From contig CAVXKH010000006.1 in NCBI GenBank assembly GCA_963762235.1, positions 17,699 through 81,698 on the forward strand: 64,000 nucleotides of DNA, written 5' to 3'. The position numbers and the translations under genes were made by a program. Positions 61,547-64,000 of this stretch are shown here, piece by piece (the stretch's first letter is position 1; each line of letters begins with the position of its first letter). Under the pieces are notes generated by a model that worked only from the letters and a program-made list of their open reading frames with translations, had not been told where the DNA came from and did no database searches. This DNA is from an uncultured Gammaproteobacteria bacterium (GTDB lineage Bacteria; Pseudomonadota; Gammaproteobacteria; Pseudomonadales; Halieaceae).

Positions 61547-62566
61547 ATGACAACAATTCCACTGGCGCGCATCCATGGCATCAATGACCTGCGCCTGGAT
61601 AGCGCGGCACCGCCCGTATGCGGCCCCGATGATGTGGTGGTGCAGGTGCGCGAGTGCGGCATCTGCGGCTCTGACCTGGGCTACCTGGCGATGGGCGGTT
61701 TGACGGGCCCTGGCAAGCCTATGCCGCTGGGTCACGAATTGTGGGGCGTGGTCAGTGAGGCCGGTGCCAATGTGACGCATGTGGAAGTGGGCGATCGGGT
61801 CGTCGTGCAGCCCATGAGCAATGGCAACAACATCGGTAATGGTGGCACCGAGGGCGGCTTTTCTCCCTTGCTGCTGGTGCGCAACGCCGCGCTTGATCCG
61901 GGCAGCACCGTGCGGCTGCCGCCAGAGTTGCCGCAAGCCTACGGCGCACTGGTGGAGCCGCTGTCGGTGGCGCAGCACGGCGCCAACCGGGTGGCGGCAA
62001 GCGCCGCAGACAAAGCGGTGATTTTTGGCGCCGGCCCCATCGGCCTGTCCATGCTGCAGGTGCTCAATTACCGCGGCCTCAGAACTATCGTGGTGGTGGA
62101 CCTGTCGGAGCGGCGGCTGGACGCAGCGCGCGTGTTGGGCGCCATCGCGCTGCGCGCCGATGACCCGCAACTGCCGCAAAAACTGATCGAACACCACGGC
62201 AGCAAAAACTTCTTTGGTATGCCGATGCCGGGCAGTACGCTATTTTTCGAAGCGACCGGCGTGCGGGCGGTGTTTGAAAAAATTGTCGCTATGGCCGGGC
62301 CGGGCAGTCGTATCTGCCTGACCGGTGTGCACAAGGAAGCGGCGACGGTCGACCTTGTCATGCTGCTGGCCAAGGAGGTCGATATCATTCCCGCCATGGG
62401 CTACGACAAGGAGTTCGATGAGGTCATCGCGATGCTGCAATCCGGCCAACTTGATCCGACCGTCATGGTCACGCATCATTTCCCGCTGTCGGAAATAGGC
62501 GCCGCTTTTGCGCTGGCGCGCAATCCACACAACGCGATCAAAGTCATGATCGACTGCCAGGCCTGA
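61547..62566 (+). CDS. Zinc-dependent medium-chain alcohol/polyol dehydrogenase
   Basis: VRECGICGSDLGY, GHELWGVV, and NAD motif VIFGAGPIGLS. ATG 61547 is preferred over the ORF-track start at 61529. Confidence 0.8.
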   Translation: MTTIPLARIHGINDLRLDSAAPPVCGPDDVVVQVRECGICGSDLGYLAMGGLTGPGKPMPLGHELWGVVSEAGANVTHVEVGDRVVVQPMSNGNNIGNGGTEGGFSPLLLVRNAALDPGSTVRLPPELPQAYGALVEPLSVAQHGANRVAASAADKAVIFGAGPIGLSMLQVLNYRGLRTIVVVDLSERRLDAARVLGAIALRADDPQLPQKLIEHHGSKNFFGMPMPGSTLFFEATGVRAVFEKIVAMAGPGSRICLTGVHKEAATVDLVMLLAKEVDIIPAMGYDKEFDEVIAMLQSGQLDPTVMVTHHFPLSEIGAAFALARNPHNAIKVMIDCQA

Positions 62567-62607
62567 ACCGGCGGACGACACTCAACGAGTAAACAGAGAG
62601 ATAACTT

Positions 62608-63529
62608 ATGCAGGATCTGGCAGGCAAGGTGGCAGTGGTGACGGGCGCGGGCTCGGGCATTGGCGAGGGCATCGCGCGCGCTGCGGCACGCGCTGGCATG
62701 AAAGTCGTGGTCGCTGATATCGATGTGGAAAAAGCCCGGGCGGTCGCCGCCGATATCGGCGAGCAGGCCATGGCCTGCGCCGTGGATGTGTCCAGCCTCG
62801 CCTCGGTGGAAGCACTGCGCGATGCGGCGCTGGCAACGCTTCGGCGGTGTGCATTTGCTGTGCAACAACGCCGGTGTGTGGATCGGCGCACTGATGCACG
62901 ACGCGGATATCAAGGACTGGCAATACCTGATCAACGTCAACCTGTACGGGGTGATTCATGGCGTGAAAGCGTTCCTGCCCCTGTTCGTAAAGCAGGGCGA
63001 GGGACACATCGTCAACACCGCGTCCATGGGCGGCCTGATCTCCGGTCCACCCGAGGGGCTCTACACCACCACCAAGTTCGCCGTGGTGGGTTTGTCGGAG
63101 GCGCTGATCATGGAAGTGGCCGACAAGGGCGTGGGCGTCTCCGTGCTGTGCCCGGGCCTGGTGAATACCAACCTGATCACGCAGTCTTTCGCCGTGCGGC
63201 CCGCGGCACTTGATTCCGGCATCGATCACCAGCAGCCGGCGCCGGATGTGGCCAGCGGGATTTCCCCGCTGGTGGTGGGAGAGCAGGTGATCGACGCGGT
63301 GCGCGAAGGCGGTTTTTACATCATCACCCACGACGATTACCGGGATGTCATCGCCATGCGCCACGACGGTATTCTCGCGGCGCTCGATGCCCATGCCAGA
63401 ACGTTACGGCTCCACCTCGGGCAGGGTGATGTGAGACCAGCGCGCGGGCAGCGTGGCAGAAGCTTGCTGCGCCTTATGCGCGTGGCTCTGCCTGCTGCTC
63501 GCGTCCGCCATTTCCAGCGCTGCGATTGA
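62608..63529 (+). CDS. Short-chain dehydrogenase/reductase (SDR), with one +1 frame break at ~62836; the C-terminal end is uncertain
   Basis: KVAVVTGAGSGIGEGIA..., then in the next frame FGGVHLLCNNAG, NTASMGG and YTTTKFAVVGLSE (YxxxK). The last ~40 codons overlap the next gene and may be out of frame. Confidence 0.75.
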
Positions 63530-64000
63530 GTACACGGAGCAGCGCCAGCCCTGCACTTCCCATGAACCGCTGATGCAGCCCTTCTTCGGCGATTTGCACG
63601 TGCACACGCGCTACTCGCTCGATGCCAGCACCCAGGGTACCCGCACCACGCCGGAGCAGGCCTACCGGTTTGCCCGGGGCGAGAGAATCGACATACAGCC
63701 CTGGACCAGCAACGGCAAGAGTGTGCGCTCCATGCAACTGCGCCGGCCGCTGGATTTCGCCATGGTGTCGGACCATGCGGAACTGTTTGGCGAGGTGCAT
63801 ATGTGCAATACGCCGGAGGTTGAGGGCTACCAGTCGTGGCAGTGCATGGTGTATCGGCAACTGGTCCTGGGGCGCGTATTACCTGTTCAACTATATGTCC
63901 TCGATGCAAGCGGCTCACCTTGGGCTGTGCGGTGAAGACGACAGTTTGTGCAAGCAGGCTGCCGCGTCCCCGTGGGCGGATATGCAGCAGGCCGCCGAGC
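63453..64000 (+). CDS. DUF3604-like secreted metal-hydrolase-fold protein (from memory), 5' part; one +1 frame break at ~63858; continues past the window end
   Basis: Signal-like CALCAWLCLLLASAISSAA, then PFFGDLHVHTRYSLDAS...FAMVSDHAELFGE. After the break: NWSWGAYYLFNYMSSMQAAHLGLCGEDDSLC.... Confidence 0.5.

Noticed and set aside
61520-63918. Minus-strand ORFs of 225, 262 and 193 aa overlapping the ADH, SDR and DUF3604-like genes
   Set aside because: Plus-strand frames carry canonical MDR, SDR and DUF3604-like motifs. The antisense translations are Arg/Pro/Ala/His-rich with no motifs.

Overview
This 64-kb window is chromosomal DNA from a gammaproteobacterium. The backbone gene order (mtaD / gyrA-serC-pheA-tyrA-aroA-cmk-rpsA-ihfB ... 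wbpM ... tRNA-Asn-uvrB, then thrS-infC-rpmI-rplT-pheS-pheT-ihfA-merR-tRNA-Pro) matches the Pseudomonas-type arrangement as I remember it. A marine Cellvibrionales/Microbulbifer-like host is only a guess.

Three kinds of content are present.

1. Conserved housekeeping blocks lie at 1-16.4 kb and 40.3-50.2 kb.

2. A roughly 24-kb accessory block (16.4-40.2 kb) sits between wbpM and tRNA-Asn. It encodes:
- a 6PGL-like/alpha-beta-hydrolase fusion protein;
- a beta-helix lipoprotein plus diheme cytochrome pair;
- a 1403-aa sulfotransferase / coiled-coil / GT2 / GT4 / sulfotransferase megaprotein;
- a GGDEF-EAL sensor;
- a badly broken, GC-rich P-type ATPase;
- an 1826-aa protein that fuses a large polytopic membrane domain to a complete GH94 glycan phosphorylase, convergent with a secreted six-hairpin-glucanase-like gene.

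3. An AT-richer four-gene sulfotransferase islet lies directly after tRNA-Pro (50.4-53.5 kb). It is followed by envelope and lipid genes and then a KshA/KstD-like oxidative catabolic cluster.

I recognised no CRISPR array, transposase, integrase or phage gene.

The window carries roughly 28-30 single-base frame disruptions, almost all +1. They hit essential genes (thrS, pheT) as well as accessory ones, so consensus or assembly error is the most likely cause. Every 'pseudogene' call here is therefore provisional.

My best candidate for new biology is the membrane-domain/GH94 fusion with its secreted glucanase-like partner, which looks like a Cgs-type system without a glycosyltransferase. Next are the sulfation loci: four sulfotransferase-type domains in one window.

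All family assignments come from motif reading and memory. No searches were run.
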